Positions 28,809 through 38,109 of a DNA stretch of 41,070 nt are shown here, in pieces. Within the stretch, counting starts at the first letter, position 1. The number at the start of each line of letters is the position of its first letter. The notes under the pieces were generated by a model, which did no database searches, was not told the DNA's origin, and saw nothing but the letters and a program-made list of their open reading frames with translations. A program made the translations under genes and the position numbers. The stretch comes from an uncultured Calditrichaceae bacterium (GTDB lineage: Bacteria > Calditrichota > Calditrichia > RBG-13-44-9 > J075): assembly GCA_964416895.1 (NCBI GenBank), contig CAYQGB010000005.1, forward strand, positions 1 to 41,070. The letters are read 5' to 3'.

Positions 28809-29434
28809 TCCGTTGGTTTCCTTATGGTCACCCGCCGACCGTCAATGAGCACTTCGTTTTCCAGCAAAAGTTTGATGGCCCGGGGAAATACCTCATGTTC
28901 CCGTTCCAGTACCCTCCGGGCAATCTCCTCCGGGGAGGCACAATCGGAAATGTCCACCGCCTCCTGAAGCACAATCGGCCCGGCGTCATACTCATTGTTC
29001 ACCAGATGCACGGTAACTCCGGAAACTTTGGCTCCGGAGCGAAACACCGCTTCGTGAACCTTCATCCCGTACATCCCCTTGCCTCCAAAGGCGGGCAGTA
29101 GCGCCGGATGAATATTCACAATGCGGTTGGGATACGCCTCCACCACGTTGGCGGGGATTTTCTTCAGGTAGCCCGCCAGGACAATGAAACCTATCCCAAA
29201 TTCCTGTAAACACCGGAGTAGCGCGTCACCAAACGCTTCCGGGGAAGCATAGTCTCGAGGGCGGATCACCCGAACCGGGATATGATGAGTACGGGCAAAT
29301 TCAATGCACGGTGCGCCAGAATTGTCGGTAACCAGCAGCGAAATGCGGGCTGGAATGAATCCCTCCTCAACCTTCCGGTAAACCGCCTGAAAATTGCTTC
29401 CTCTTCCGGAAGCAAACACCGCAATGTTCGTCAC
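28805..29434 (-). CDS. purN: Phosphoribosylglycinamide formyltransferase
   Basis: SGRGSN, NIHPALLP, YDAGPI. Confidence 0.96.
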   Translation of the reverse strand: MTNIAVFASGRGSNFQAVYRKVEEGFIPARISLLVTDNSGAPCIEFARTHHIPVRVIRPRDYASPEAFGDALLRCLQEFGIGFIVLAGYLKKIPANVVEAYPNRIVNIHPALLPAFGGKGMYGMKVHEAVFRSGAKVSGVTVHLVNNEYDAGPIVLQEAVDISDCASPEEIARRVLEREHEVFPRAIKLLLENEVLIDGRRVTIRKPTE

Positions 29435-29459
29435 GTCCTGCGCCTCGTGTTAGCTTGCA

Positions 29460-29488
29460 AATATAACACCAGAAGGGGGGGAATTCAA
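29460..29488 (-). promoter_or_regulatory. Sigma70-type promoter of purN (TTGAAT-N17-TATATT, extended -10)
   Basis: 17-bp spacer, 25 bp upstream of the GTG start. Confidence 0.55.
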
Positions 29489-29557
29489 TTGCAAAACGGT
29501 ATGAGTTTTCAGGAATTTAACGCGAGGCCCCGATGGGAGGAAAATGACCGCATCCGG

Positions 29558-29586
29558 TTGAAATTGGCAGGGAAGAGGCTTATATT
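29558..29586 (+). promoter_or_regulatory. Sigma70-type promoter of the TA pair (TTGAAA-N17-TATATT)
   Basis: 17-bp spacer upstream of ATG 29658. Confidence 0.55.
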
Positions 29587-29657
29587 GCGTGGCAGCACTT
29601 TGGGATATGCATATCGAGAACCGGCTGCTTTTGCAGCAAAACAGAGGTTAGATTCTC

Positions 29658-30008
29658 ATGGCAACCACTTCTCTTACAATTGAAGCGGAAACCGTTCCAC
29701 TTCGCATTGACAAAAACGGGGTCGTTCGCGTGGGAAACACCCGGGTGACTCTGGATACAGTAGTTCTGGCTTTCCGGCAAGGGGCTACAGCCGAAGAAAT
29801 CGCTCACCAGTATCCCACGCTGGATCTGGCCGAAGTTTATGCGGTTATTGCCTACTACCTGCGGCATCGGGCAGAAGTAGAGGAGTATCTTGCTCGTCGG
29901 CGAGCAGAGGCAGAAGAGATTCGGAAAGAAAACGAGAGTCGCTTTGATCCCACAGGCATCCGTGAACGGTTATTAGCCAGACGTGCTAAGCAGAGTGGGA
30001 CAATATGA
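29658..30008 (+). CDS. DUF433 family putative antitoxin (VapB45-like)
   Basis: GNTRVTLD..V..F.QG.TAEEI..QYPTL.L.EVYA.IAYY. Confidence 0.88.
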   Translation: MATTSLTIEAETVPLRIDKNGVVRVGNTRVTLDTVVLAFRQGATAEEIAHQYPTLDLAEVYAVIAYYLRHRAEVEEYLARRRAEAEEIRKENESRFDPTGIRERLLARRAKQSGTI

Positions 30009-30355
30009 TCCGATTTGCCGCTGATGAAAATTTCAATAATGATATACTCCGGGGAATGCTGCGCCGCAAACCCGATTTAGATATTGTACGGGTGCAGGAT
30101 GTGGGGTTATCAGGGGCGGATGATGAAACAATTTTAGAATGGGCTGCTCAGGAGAATAGAGTTTTGTTGACCCATGATGTTTCAACGATAACCCGATACG
30201 CATATGAACGTGTTCGAGCTAAAAAACCCATGCCGGGGGTTTTTGAAGTGAACCGCAATGTTCCTATCGGCACAGCTATTGAAGACCTGTTGCTTATAGC
30301 TGAATGCAGCTTTGAAGGGGAATGGGAAGGACAAGTACGGTATTTGCCACTATAA
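30005..30355 (+). CDS. DUF5615 PIN-like putative toxin (VapC45-like)
   Basis: FAADENF, G.DD..IL.WA....R.LLTHD; ATGA overlap with the antitoxin. Confidence 0.88.
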   Translation: MIRFAADENFNNDILRGMLRRKPDLDIVRVQDVGLSGADDETILEWAAQENRVLLTHDVSTITRYAYERVRAKKPMPGVFEVNRNVPIGTAIEDLLLIAECSFEGEWEGQVRYLPL

Positions 30356-30600
30356 AGAATCCCTGATCTCTCTGTCAATGCAGTTATAGCCCCGGATCAG
30401 ATCAGAAAATAAACGATTTGCAGAGAATTTCAGTTGCCTCCTACTTTTTTCAACCTCCTTTGTACTCACTCGTTCATACCCCTTCCCAAAAATCAAAAAA
30501 GCGAGCATGGGAAGGCCTGAAGCAAGGCCGTTTTTGACTACCCAGGGATACACACCAGTACATCTCACATTTATCATGCACCTCATCATGAGAAAAATCC

Positions 30601-31494
30601 TTACGACCCTTTCCATTCCAGCCGAAACGGCTCCGCCTGTAGCCGGGCGGCAACGCCCGAAGGAAAGGGAAGGGCATTGGAGAAGTGACCGTAGGGAAGG
30701 TTATACACGATGGGAACCTCCGGCCCCACCAGAGGCGTAATCAGGGGCAAAACATCCTGTTCGGTCTCATCCAGCAGGAATTTCCCCAATAGCAGCCCGG
30801 CGACATTTTCCCAGAATCCCATCAGCCGCAACTGTTGAAAATACCGATCAATCCGATACAACGGCTCGTTCACATCTTCCAGCGCCAGAATAATCGGCTC
30901 CGCTTTCGGCCAGAAGGGCGTGCCACACAGGGTGCAGATCATCGACAACGTGCCCGCCATTAGAGTCCCCGAAGCCTCTCCCGAACGAAACGCCTGCACC
31001 GATTCTCCCGATAGGTCGCGAGCAACGAGCGCTTTCCGCTGCCCGCTCAGAATTTCCAGCCCCACAGAAACATACCGGTTTTCCGGGCGAGTCTGGGTGG
31101 TCAACGTCAGGCCGCTGAGAGAAGGTAGCCCCAGACGGGCATACAACGCCCATTGCAACGCCGTAATGTCGCTGAACCCTACCAGAATTTTGGGGTGCCC
31201 CCGGAACAGGCCGTACTCCAGCCGATCCAGCAACTGAATACTACCGTACCCTCCCCGCAAGGCCCAGATGACCTTCACCTCCTCATCGGCCACAAAAGTA
31301 TGCAGATCTTCCAGCCGCCGTTCCACCGGAGCGGAGGTCAGGCCGTTATCGGAAAAGGCGTGTTGTCCCAATTTGCAGATATATCCCAGGGAAGTAAGAT
31401 AGTCAATGCCCGGCTGGACCTGCTCCCGGCGAACGGCCCCCGCCGGGGACACCAGACCGATTGCATCTCCGGGATTAAGGACGGGCAGGTTCAT
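30601..31494 (-). CDS. ldcA: LD-carboxypeptidase, peptidase S66
   Basis: RGGYG, GFSDIT (Ser), LEDVNE (Glu), YGH (His); ATGA overlap with the ROK gene. Confidence 0.88.
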   Translation of the reverse strand: MNLPVLNPGDAIGLVSPAGAVRREQVQPGIDYLTSLGYICKLGQHAFSDNGLTSAPVERRLEDLHTFVADEEVKVIWALRGGYGSIQLLDRLEYGLFRGHPKILVGFSDITALQWALYARLGLPSLSGLTLTTQTRPENRYVSVGLEILSGQRKALVARDLSGESVQAFRSGEASGTLMAGTLSMICTLCGTPFWPKAEPIILALEDVNEPLYRIDRYFQQLRLMGFWENVAGLLLGKFLLDETEQDVLPLITPLVGPEVPIVYNLPYGHFSNALPFPSGVAARLQAEPFRLEWKGS

Positions 31495-32456
31495 ATCCGG
31501 GTAAGCCCTTCTTCTGAGGTGTCGCCAAAATGGCTCAGGGCAAAGGCGGCCGCGCCCAGCCACCCCGCTTTGTTCCCTAATGTCGCCCGAACAATTTCCA
31601 GATTTTCCAGCGCCGGCTCCATTGCCCGCTCCCGGGCAGCCCCGGCAATGCGCTCCACAAACCAGTCCCCCGCTTCACTCACTCCCCCGCCGATGATGAT
31701 CTTCCGGGGATTGAAAATGTTGATCAGATTGGCAATCCCCACCGCCACCATCCGAATTTCGGTTTCCACCACCTGCTGCGCCGCCGGTTCGGAAGCGTGA
31801 TAGCGCTCAAAAATCGTTCGGGTATCGCTCACCGGGTCGTCGGGATTGAGTTGGGCATAGTGTTCGATCATGGCCGTGGCCGAGGCGTAACGCTCCCAGC
31901 AGCCAACACCCCCACACCGACAGGGATGCCCGTTGTAGCAAATGCTCATGTGCCCCAATTCCGCTCCGGCATACATGCTCCCCCGGAACAGCTTGCCGTC
32001 GATAATCACTCCCCCACCGATACCGGTTCCCAGAGTAATGCACACCACCTGATCGCTTCCCTGTCCCGCGCCGAAGCGCGCCTCTCCAAAGGCCATGACA
32101 TTGGCGTCGTTATCCACAAACACGGGAATTTGCAGCCGATCCTCCATCCGGCGTTTGATGGGCACATTGCGCCAGTGCTTGAAGTTCGGAGTATTGCCTT
32201 TCAGGAACCCTTCTTCTACATCCACGCTACCGGGAGTTCCCAGGCCAATAACCTCGATGGACATTCCCTGAGACCGGGCGAACGCCAACGCCTCCTCGGC
32301 CGCTTCAATAAGATGCTCCAGGATGGCATCTACCGGACTGTCCGCGTGGGTAGGGCGGGAAAATTCCCGGACAATTTCTCCCTCCCGGGAGCAAATCCCG
32401 TATTTGATCGCCGTCCCCCCCAGATCAATGCCGATCGCGTACCGGGTTTTCTTCAT
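31491..32456 (-). CDS. ROK family sugar kinase
   Basis: GIDLGGT, DNDAN, TLGTGIGGG, ELGH, CRCG..GCWE. Confidence 0.92.
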   Translation of the reverse strand: MKKTRYAIGIDLGGTAIKYGICSREGEIVREFSRPTHADSPVDAILEHLIEAAEEALAFARSQGMSIEVIGLGTPGSVDVEEGFLKGNTPNFKHWRNVPIKRRMEDRLQIPVFVDNDANVMAFGEARFGAGQGSDQVVCITLGTGIGGGVIIDGKLFRGSMYAGAELGHMSICYNGHPCRCGGVGCWERYASATAMIEHYAQLNPDDPVSDTRTIFERYHASEPAAQQVVETEIRMVAVGIANLINIFNPRKIIIGGGVSEAGDWFVERIAGAARERAMEPALENLEIVRATLGNKAGWLGAAAFALSHFGDTSEEGLTRI

Positions 32457-33688
32457 AATAAAGAACCTTTTTCAACTTCACGAGCCAGCCGACGCACCGC
32501 TTCAAACAGAAGCCGGGTATCCTCGGTAAAATCCACCTGCCGCCGGGCCATGACCACCCGGGCCACTTCCAGGGCTTTATCAAAATCATACCGGGCCAAC
32601 CCCCCGGCGCCTCCCCAGGAAAACGAGGGTACGAACTTCGGCGGCATCCCCGCGCCGAATATGTTGCAGCATACCCCCACCACCGTGCCGGTATTGAACA
32701 TGGTGTTGATGGCGCATTTGGAATGATCCCCCATCATCAGCCCGACAAACCGCCGCCCGGTAGACACCGGCTCCCCGTTCACCAGCACCGTAATCAGGCC
32801 GTAATTGTTCTTTAAATCCGAGTTGTTGGTGTCGGCGCCAAGATTCACCCATTCCCCCAGAAAAGCATGCCCCAGAAATCCATCGTGCTGCTTGTTGGAA
32901 TATCCCTGAATGATGCTCGCTTCCACCTCTCCCCCGATTTTGCACACCGGGCCAATGGTGGTGTTCTCATAAATTTTGGCCCCCACTTTGATGGTGGAAT
33001 TTTCCCCCACGTACACCGGCCCCTCCAGCACCGCATTGGGCATAACTTTCGCCCCTTTCCCGATCCACACCGGCCCGTTCTCGGCGTCAATTACCACTCC
33101 CGGCTTGATCACCGCCCCGGCTTCCACGGTCACCTGCTCCTCCCCCACGATGTGTACTCCGGGGAAAATGTTGCCTTCACGCGCGCCCGCTTTGGCGAAG
33201 TGCTGATAATCTTCCACCAGCGCCTCACCGTTCCAATCCACCGCTTCCCATAGATAGCCCACCATTCGGGTAGAAAATTCCTCGGAAGAACGCTCCTGCA
33301 ACACGCGGGAGGGATCGATCACACCCCCGCTCAGAAAACGGGAAAGCTCCCCTTTGCGGATGCGAAACGCCGCCACCTCTCCCTCACACACCAGGGCAGT
33401 CTTTTCTTCCAGTTCCAGCACCTTCGCCGCCTCTTCCCTGCTCATCAGCCACCGACCGTTGATCATCAGCAGTTCTTCGGAATCTGCCAGCGTCTGAACG
33501 TCCCGGGATGGAGGAAGGTAGTGCCGGAGCAGATATTCCCGGGCAAGTGCAAAGGAAGGTTGCTCCATAAAGCGGGCAATCCGTTGCCCCGGGGTCATGG
33601 CCCCGCAGCGCAACTCCCACACCGGCCGGAAATACACCAGCGGCAACAGCCGGGTAAATCCCCAATCCTCAAACAGAACGATCTTCAT
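32453..33688 (-). CDS. GlmU-related putative sugar nucleotidyltransferase with hexapeptide-repeat C-terminus
   Basis: LLPL...RPV..LRCG, left-handed beta-helix repeats, NKQHDGFLGHA.LGEWVNLGA.TNNSDLKN. Confidence 0.85.
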   Translation of the reverse strand: MKIVLFEDWGFTRLLPLVYFRPVWELRCGAMTPGQRIARFMEQPSFALAREYLLRHYLPPSRDVQTLADSEELLMINGRWLMSREEAAKVLELEEKTALVCEGEVAAFRIRKGELSRFLSGGVIDPSRVLQERSSEEFSTRMVGYLWEAVDWNGEALVEDYQHFAKAGAREGNIFPGVHIVGEEQVTVEAGAVIKPGVVIDAENGPVWIGKGAKVMPNAVLEGPVYVGENSTIKVGAKIYENTTIGPVCKIGGEVEASIIQGYSNKQHDGFLGHAFLGEWVNLGADTNNSDLKNNYGLITVLVNGEPVSTGRRFVGLMMGDHSKCAINTMFNTGTVVGVCCNIFGAGMPPKFVPSFSWGGAGGLARYDFDKALEVARVVMARRQVDFTEDTRLLFEAVRRLAREVEKGSLL

Positions 33689-33724
33689 CCCTTACAACCC
33701 CTGTATCTACCAACGGAAAAGGAT

Positions 33725-33758
33725 AAAAAAAAGCAGTGTAAAAAGATACACTGCTTTT
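33725..33758 (-). terminator. Intrinsic terminator downstream of tonB
   Basis: aaaagcagtgta/tacactgctttt stem with T8 on the minus strand. Confidence 0.8.
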
Positions 33759-33808
33759 GAGAAATAAAACCGCTCACCGATCATATATTCGGCAAGACAG
33801 AATTTTAT

Positions 33809-34447
33809 CTATTTCAGCTTGAAGTTGAAGGGAATACTCACCCACACTTTCACATAGCGATCCCGCTGCTTTCCGGGAGTAAATTTGAATTGCCAGGCCG
33901 CTTCGATGGCCGCTTCATCCAGCAACGGGTGCGATTTGATCACCTCTACTTTTTCCACTTCGCCCTTGGTATTCACCAGCACCTTCACCACCACGGTGCC
34001 CTCGATCCCGGCCTTCCGGGCCAGATCCGGATACTTGGGCTGAACGCTCTTGATCTGTTTGGGCTTTTCCGACAGCGCATAGAAGGGCACGATCGGCTCT
34101 TCTTCTTCCGGAGGAGGAGGCAAATCTTCAATCGCCGATTCAAAATCCACTTCCGTTTCCTCGATAGTCAAATCTTCCGGCACATCTTCATCTTCCGATT
34201 CCACCGGAATTTTGGGGCGCGCCGGAGGAGGGGGCTTCTGGATTTGCTGAGTGGGAGGAATGTATTCCATCTGGATTTCTGTATCCACCTTTTTTTCCAG
34301 CTTGGCCTTCCCCTCAAACTTCTTGAATGAATAAAACAGCGCAATAACTATCAGCAAAGAAATGGCCAGAGAAGCTTCAAACCACTTCCTGGATTTGGGG
34401 CGGAGGTCAACCTCCGGTTTCTTATAAATCAAACTCCTGTGAGCCAT
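33809..34447 (-). CDS. tonB: Energy transducer TonB
   Basis: Single TM, Pro/Glu-rich linker, YPDLARKAGIEGTV C-terminal domain. Confidence 0.93.
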   Translation of the reverse strand: MAHRSLIYKKPEVDLRPKSRKWFEASLAISLLIVIALFYSFKKFEGKAKLEKKVDTEIQMEYIPPTQQIQKPPPPARPKIPVESEDEDVPEDLTIEETEVDFESAIEDLPPPPEEEEPIVPFYALSEKPKQIKSVQPKYPDLARKAGIEGTVVVKVLVNTKGEVEKVEVIKSHPLLDEAAIEAAWQFKFTPGKQRDRYVKVWVSIPFNFKLK

Positions 34448-34592
34448 AACGGCCTCCTTTTACCATCTATGAGAGAAACACACGCCTTGCACATCCCAAC
34501 GTCCCAACCGACGGCCTTTCCCTGAATTTCTCAGGTCAGGCGTGAGGCCATTGCCGTGGAATCCGGCATATAACCTCGAGTAAACGCCTGAC

Positions 34593-35015
34593 TTATCCCG
34601 CCGGAATAGTGGAATAGTTTACTTTCAACGCATTGGCTTTCCGAAGCTCCTGCTGAACATCATTCAGAATTCCCATGCTGGCATTCTTGTCCACTTTGAG
34701 GGAAATCACCAGCTTGGGATTTTCCGCCAGTTTGTTGTAGGCGATGACCCGGAGTTCAGAAAGTTTATCCTTCTTGATGGTGATGTCATCAATGACCACT
34801 CGATCTTGCAAATCGATCCAGATGGTGGAAACATTTCGTTTACTGGGCAACTTCTCCACCATCTTGGCCTCCGGCAACTCCACTTTCAATCCCTGATACT
34901 GCCGGAGCACGGTGGTAACCATGAAGAAGACCAGCAACAGAAAAATAATATCCGGCATGGAAGCCGTGGGAATGGCAATTTTGACCTTGGTTTTCCGTTC
35001 AATCTTAACAGCCAT
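34593..35015 (-). CDS. exbD: Biopolymer transporter ExbD (copy 2)
   Basis: SMPDIIFLLLVFFMV. Confidence 0.92.
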   Translation of the reverse strand: MAVKIERKTKVKIAIPTASMPDIIFLLLVFFMVTTVLRQYQGLKVELPEAKMVEKLPSKRNVSTIWIDLQDRVVIDDITIKKDKLSELRVIAYNKLAENPKLVISLKVDKNASMGILNDVQQELRKANALKVNYSTIPAG

Positions 35016-35072
35016 GAACCGTCCTCACAAATTTGATGGTGAGAGACGGAAGCGCGCAGCTTCCGAATCCGA

Positions 35073-35477
35073 TCAGGTTTTTTCCGGCTCCGCCAGCGAG
35101 ATACGGGTTGCTCCGGCCTGCTTCAATTGATCCAGAACATCGATGTAAACTTCGTACCGGGTGCCGCGGGTGGTCTTCAGCGAGACAATCAGCTTATCAT
35201 TCTCCTGCAACTTCTTGCGGATGATATCCGAGACATCTCGCACATTGACAATCTTGTTGTCCAGCAACACCTCTCCGGCATCGTTGATCAGAATATTGGT
35301 GATGTTCTTGGGATTGATCTTAATGATGTCTTCTTGGGCGGGAGGCAACACCAGGTCCAGTCCCTTATCCACATCAATCGTAGTGGCCACCAGGAAAAAG
35401 ATCAGCAGCAGGAAGGCAATATCCGCCAGCGAAGCGGAAGGGATTTCCACCTCTTCCTTTTCGCGTTTTCGAATCAT
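35073..35477 (-). CDS. exbD: Biopolymer transporter ExbD (copy 1)
   Basis: SLADIAFLLLIFFLV. Confidence 0.92.
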   Translation of the reverse strand: MIRKREKEEVEIPSASLADIAFLLLIFFLVATTIDVDKGLDLVLPPAQEDIIKINPKNITNILINDAGEVLLDNKIVNVRDVSDIIRKKLQENDKLIVSLKTTRGTRYEVYIDVLDQLKQAGATRISLAEPEKT

Positions 35478-35501
35478 GACACAACCCTTTGTGTACGGTT
35501 A

Positions 35502-36113
35502 TTATTTGCCCTGCATATCGATTAAGGTGTCCACCAGTTCCACGGAAGCTTCTTCCATGTCGGTGATCAGCTTATCGATACGGGAGGTGGCCCAATTATA
35601 GAAGAACTGAATGATGATCGCCACTATCAGACCGAAGGCGGTAGTCAACAGGGCCTGAGAAATCCCCCCGGCCACGATGGCCGGCGAAATATCGTTAGCG
35701 GTTTCAATCGCCTCGAACGCCACAATCATTCCCCATACCGTACCGGTAAACCCCAGCAGGGGAGCAATCACGATCACAAACCCCAGCCAGACCATTCCCC
35801 GCTCCAGAAAGGCCATCTCAATAGAACCGGCATTGGTAATGGCTTTTTCGGCATTCTCAATCCCATCCTTGGCCCGGCTCAATCCGGCATGCATAATCGA
35901 GGCCACCGAACCGCGGGTATTTTCGCAAATTTCCAGCGCCTGATTGATTCCACCTTTCTTCAAAGCGGCGCGAATATCGGCCATAAACTTGCGCGTATTC
36001 ACACCGTGCATATACAGGGTATACAGCTTCCAGATTCCGATGGCAAGTCCTACGATTCCGAAAATCAGAATCGGCCACATGAACATGCCGCCCTTGAGAA
36101 ATAGCTCGACCAT
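35502..36113 (-). CDS. exbB: MotA/TolQ/ExbB proton channel protein
   Basis: APLLGFTGTVWGMI, GISQALLTTAFGL. Confidence 0.93.
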   Translation of the reverse strand: MVELFLKGGMFMWPILIFGIVGLAIGIWKLYTLYMHGVNTRKFMADIRAALKKGGINQALEICENTRGSVASIMHAGLSRAKDGIENAEKAITNAGSIEMAFLERGMVWLGFVIVIAPLLGFTGTVWGMIVAFEAIETANDISPAIVAGGISQALLTTAFGLIVAIIIQFFYNWATSRIDKLITDMEEASVELVDTLIDMQGK

Positions 36114-36180
36114 AACAGAAAGCCTCCTCAGTTCAATTAAAAGTTAGCCAAACCAGTTTAGTTTCAGCAAAATCCGGCAA

Positions 36181-36209
36181 ATATTACGGATTGTATCCCA
36201 AAAAGTCAA
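36181..36209 (-). promoter_or_regulatory. Sigma70 promoter TTGACT-N17-TAATAT of the exbB operon
   Basis: Near-consensus boxes with 17-bp spacer. Confidence 0.6.
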
Positions 36210-36627
36210 TATTTTTTTTGGAGCGAGATTCGATGCGCTTGAGGCAAGTTCGGCGTAAATATCGCCATACCAAAAGCGGATTGTCAGATGCGTATCGCCT
36301 GGCGAGGTTCGGCACCCCCCCATCCCGCCGGGAGTGGATGGAACAGCCACGGGGAAACCGCGCGGGCACATTTATCGGAAACCGGGGGATCGTATCTCAT
36401 CCGGAGAGATAGTTACAAAAAAGGGAATAATTTTCCCCAGAAGTTGATTATATTTGTAACCGGAAAAAATGAAGACATTGCCCCCTGCAGCAAACGGGGA
36501 AACGGGCATTCGGGAGAAGCAGTTTCCGCCTCCCGGCAGCAGATACCCTCCGGAAATTTGCCCCGGCGAACCGCCGTGGAGGGCAATGGTTCTGACAGTC
36601 TTTGAGTAGCGGGAAAGCACCGCGAGT

Positions 36628-38109
36628 ATGGCAAATCTGATCTTCATTTGCGAAGCTTCTTCAGAGCTGGCTCAACAGCTTACCGCCGCCCTGGAAAAAG
36701 AAGGGGTGACCGGGAAAGTTTTCGCCAGCTTCACCGAGCTGCGGGAAAACGCCGCTCGCACGGTGCCGGATGCCGTGGTGCTCAATGCCGCGATTTCTCC
36801 GGATGAGCAGGCCTCCCGGCAGCTATTCCAGGAAATTCCCACCGTCATCTATGGGCAGGGCCTGTCCATAGAAGAACAACTGGCCCTGTACGATGAAGGG
36901 GTCAAACGCTACCTTCCCCTGGATGAGACCCTCCCCACCCGGCTGGCGGCGGTCATCCGGCGCATCCTGTTTCGGATAACCGAACTGCGCCGAATACGAC
37001 AGCAAGCGCTTACCCACGGAACGGTCCAGGCCTTCTCCCTCACCGATGTACTGCAAAACGCCCTGGGGGAGCAAAAAAATCTTATTCTCAAATTGCGCCA
37101 CGGGGATTGGATATCCCGGATACGCATCTTCCAGGGGCATATCATTGAAGCCCGCACGCCCAACCTGGCCGATGAGGATGCGGCTCTGAAAATTCTACAT
37201 ATCCCCGCAGGAACCTTTGCCATTCGCGGCTATCGGAAAGCGGAAGCGCTCTCATCGGTACGGGCATCTACCCTGGCGCTGCTGGCCGAAGCCGCCTTCG
37301 AGAAGAAAGAAATCCAGCAGTTTCTGGAACCGTTCCAATCCACCGATCCCCGGTTCGAGGTCATCCCTTCGGAACGACTTACCGAACTATCCTCCGAGGA
37401 ATTGCAGGTGCTGGATCTGGTGGAAGAATTCGGAAACTTTCGGGAGGTGCTACTCCGCAGCCCATTTTCTGTGTTGCGCACGGTGCGGTTGCTGAAAGAG
37501 TTTCTGGAACGAGAAGTAATGGCCCCGGCCGGCAAGGGCCGGGAGGTGGAGACGTTTCAGCCGGAGGATATCCGGTATTTGCGGGAGCATCTGTTTGAAG
37601 ATGAGGTTCACGAAGGACATCTCATCGTGCTGGGGTTGCCCACTTCCGGGCGCACGGAACTGATCCGCACCATCGCCGGCCATCAAAACGCCCCCTTGCG
37701 ATCCCTGCAATCCCTGGACTTTACCCGGCTCCGCCTCCAACCGGGGCTGACCCTGTCCATCTTCGGCATCTCTATCGACGCCGCTTTCCTGCCCATCCTG
37801 GAAAAACTCTCCCAGGCCATGGTGGCGGTGATCTTCCTGATCGACTACACCCGAACCGCTCAGTACGAATTCAGCAACTATGTGCTAAACCAGCTCATTC
37901 GCATCTACGACGTGCCGTTCGTCATCGGATTGACCAATTTGCCCGAAGACGCCGGGGAAGCGGTAACAGAGTTCCATCGGCACTTCACTGTTCCCAAAGG
38001 AATCTCGGTATTGCCGGTGAAAACCGATTCATTTGCCGACATTCGCAGGCTGTTGCATCATCTCCGAAAAGTGCCCACCCGAAAGGATAAGGAAACCACC
38101 AATGCATGA
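36628..38109 (+). CDS. Receiver-like + DUF4388 (PatA-N-like) + degenerate MglA/CvnD-like small GTPase fusion
   Basis: REC-like N-terminus (PDAVVLN), GTVQAFSLTDVLQ...IFQGHIIEA, G1-like GLPTSGRT, LDFTRL...LSIFG, VIFLID, VPFVIGLTN. Confidence 0.7.
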   Translation: MANLIFICEASSELAQQLTAALEKEGVTGKVFASFTELRENAARTVPDAVVLNAAISPDEQASRQLFQEIPTVIYGQGLSIEEQLALYDEGVKRYLPLDETLPTRLAAVIRRILFRITELRRIRQQALTHGTVQAFSLTDVLQNALGEQKNLILKLRHGDWISRIRIFQGHIIEARTPNLADEDAALKILHIPAGTFAIRGYRKAEALSSVRASTLALLAEAAFEKKEIQQFLEPFQSTDPRFEVIPSERLTELSSEELQVLDLVEEFGNFREVLLRSPFSVLRTVRLLKEFLEREVMAPAGKGREVETFQPEDIRYLREHLFEDEVHEGHLIVLGLPTSGRTELIRTIAGHQNAPLRSLQSLDFTRLRLQPGLTLSIFGISIDAAFLPILEKLSQAMVAVIFLIDYTRTAQYEFSNYVLNQLIRIYDVPFVIGLTNLPEDAGEAVTEFHRHFTVPKGISVLPVKTDSFADIRRLLHHLRKVPTRKDKETTNA

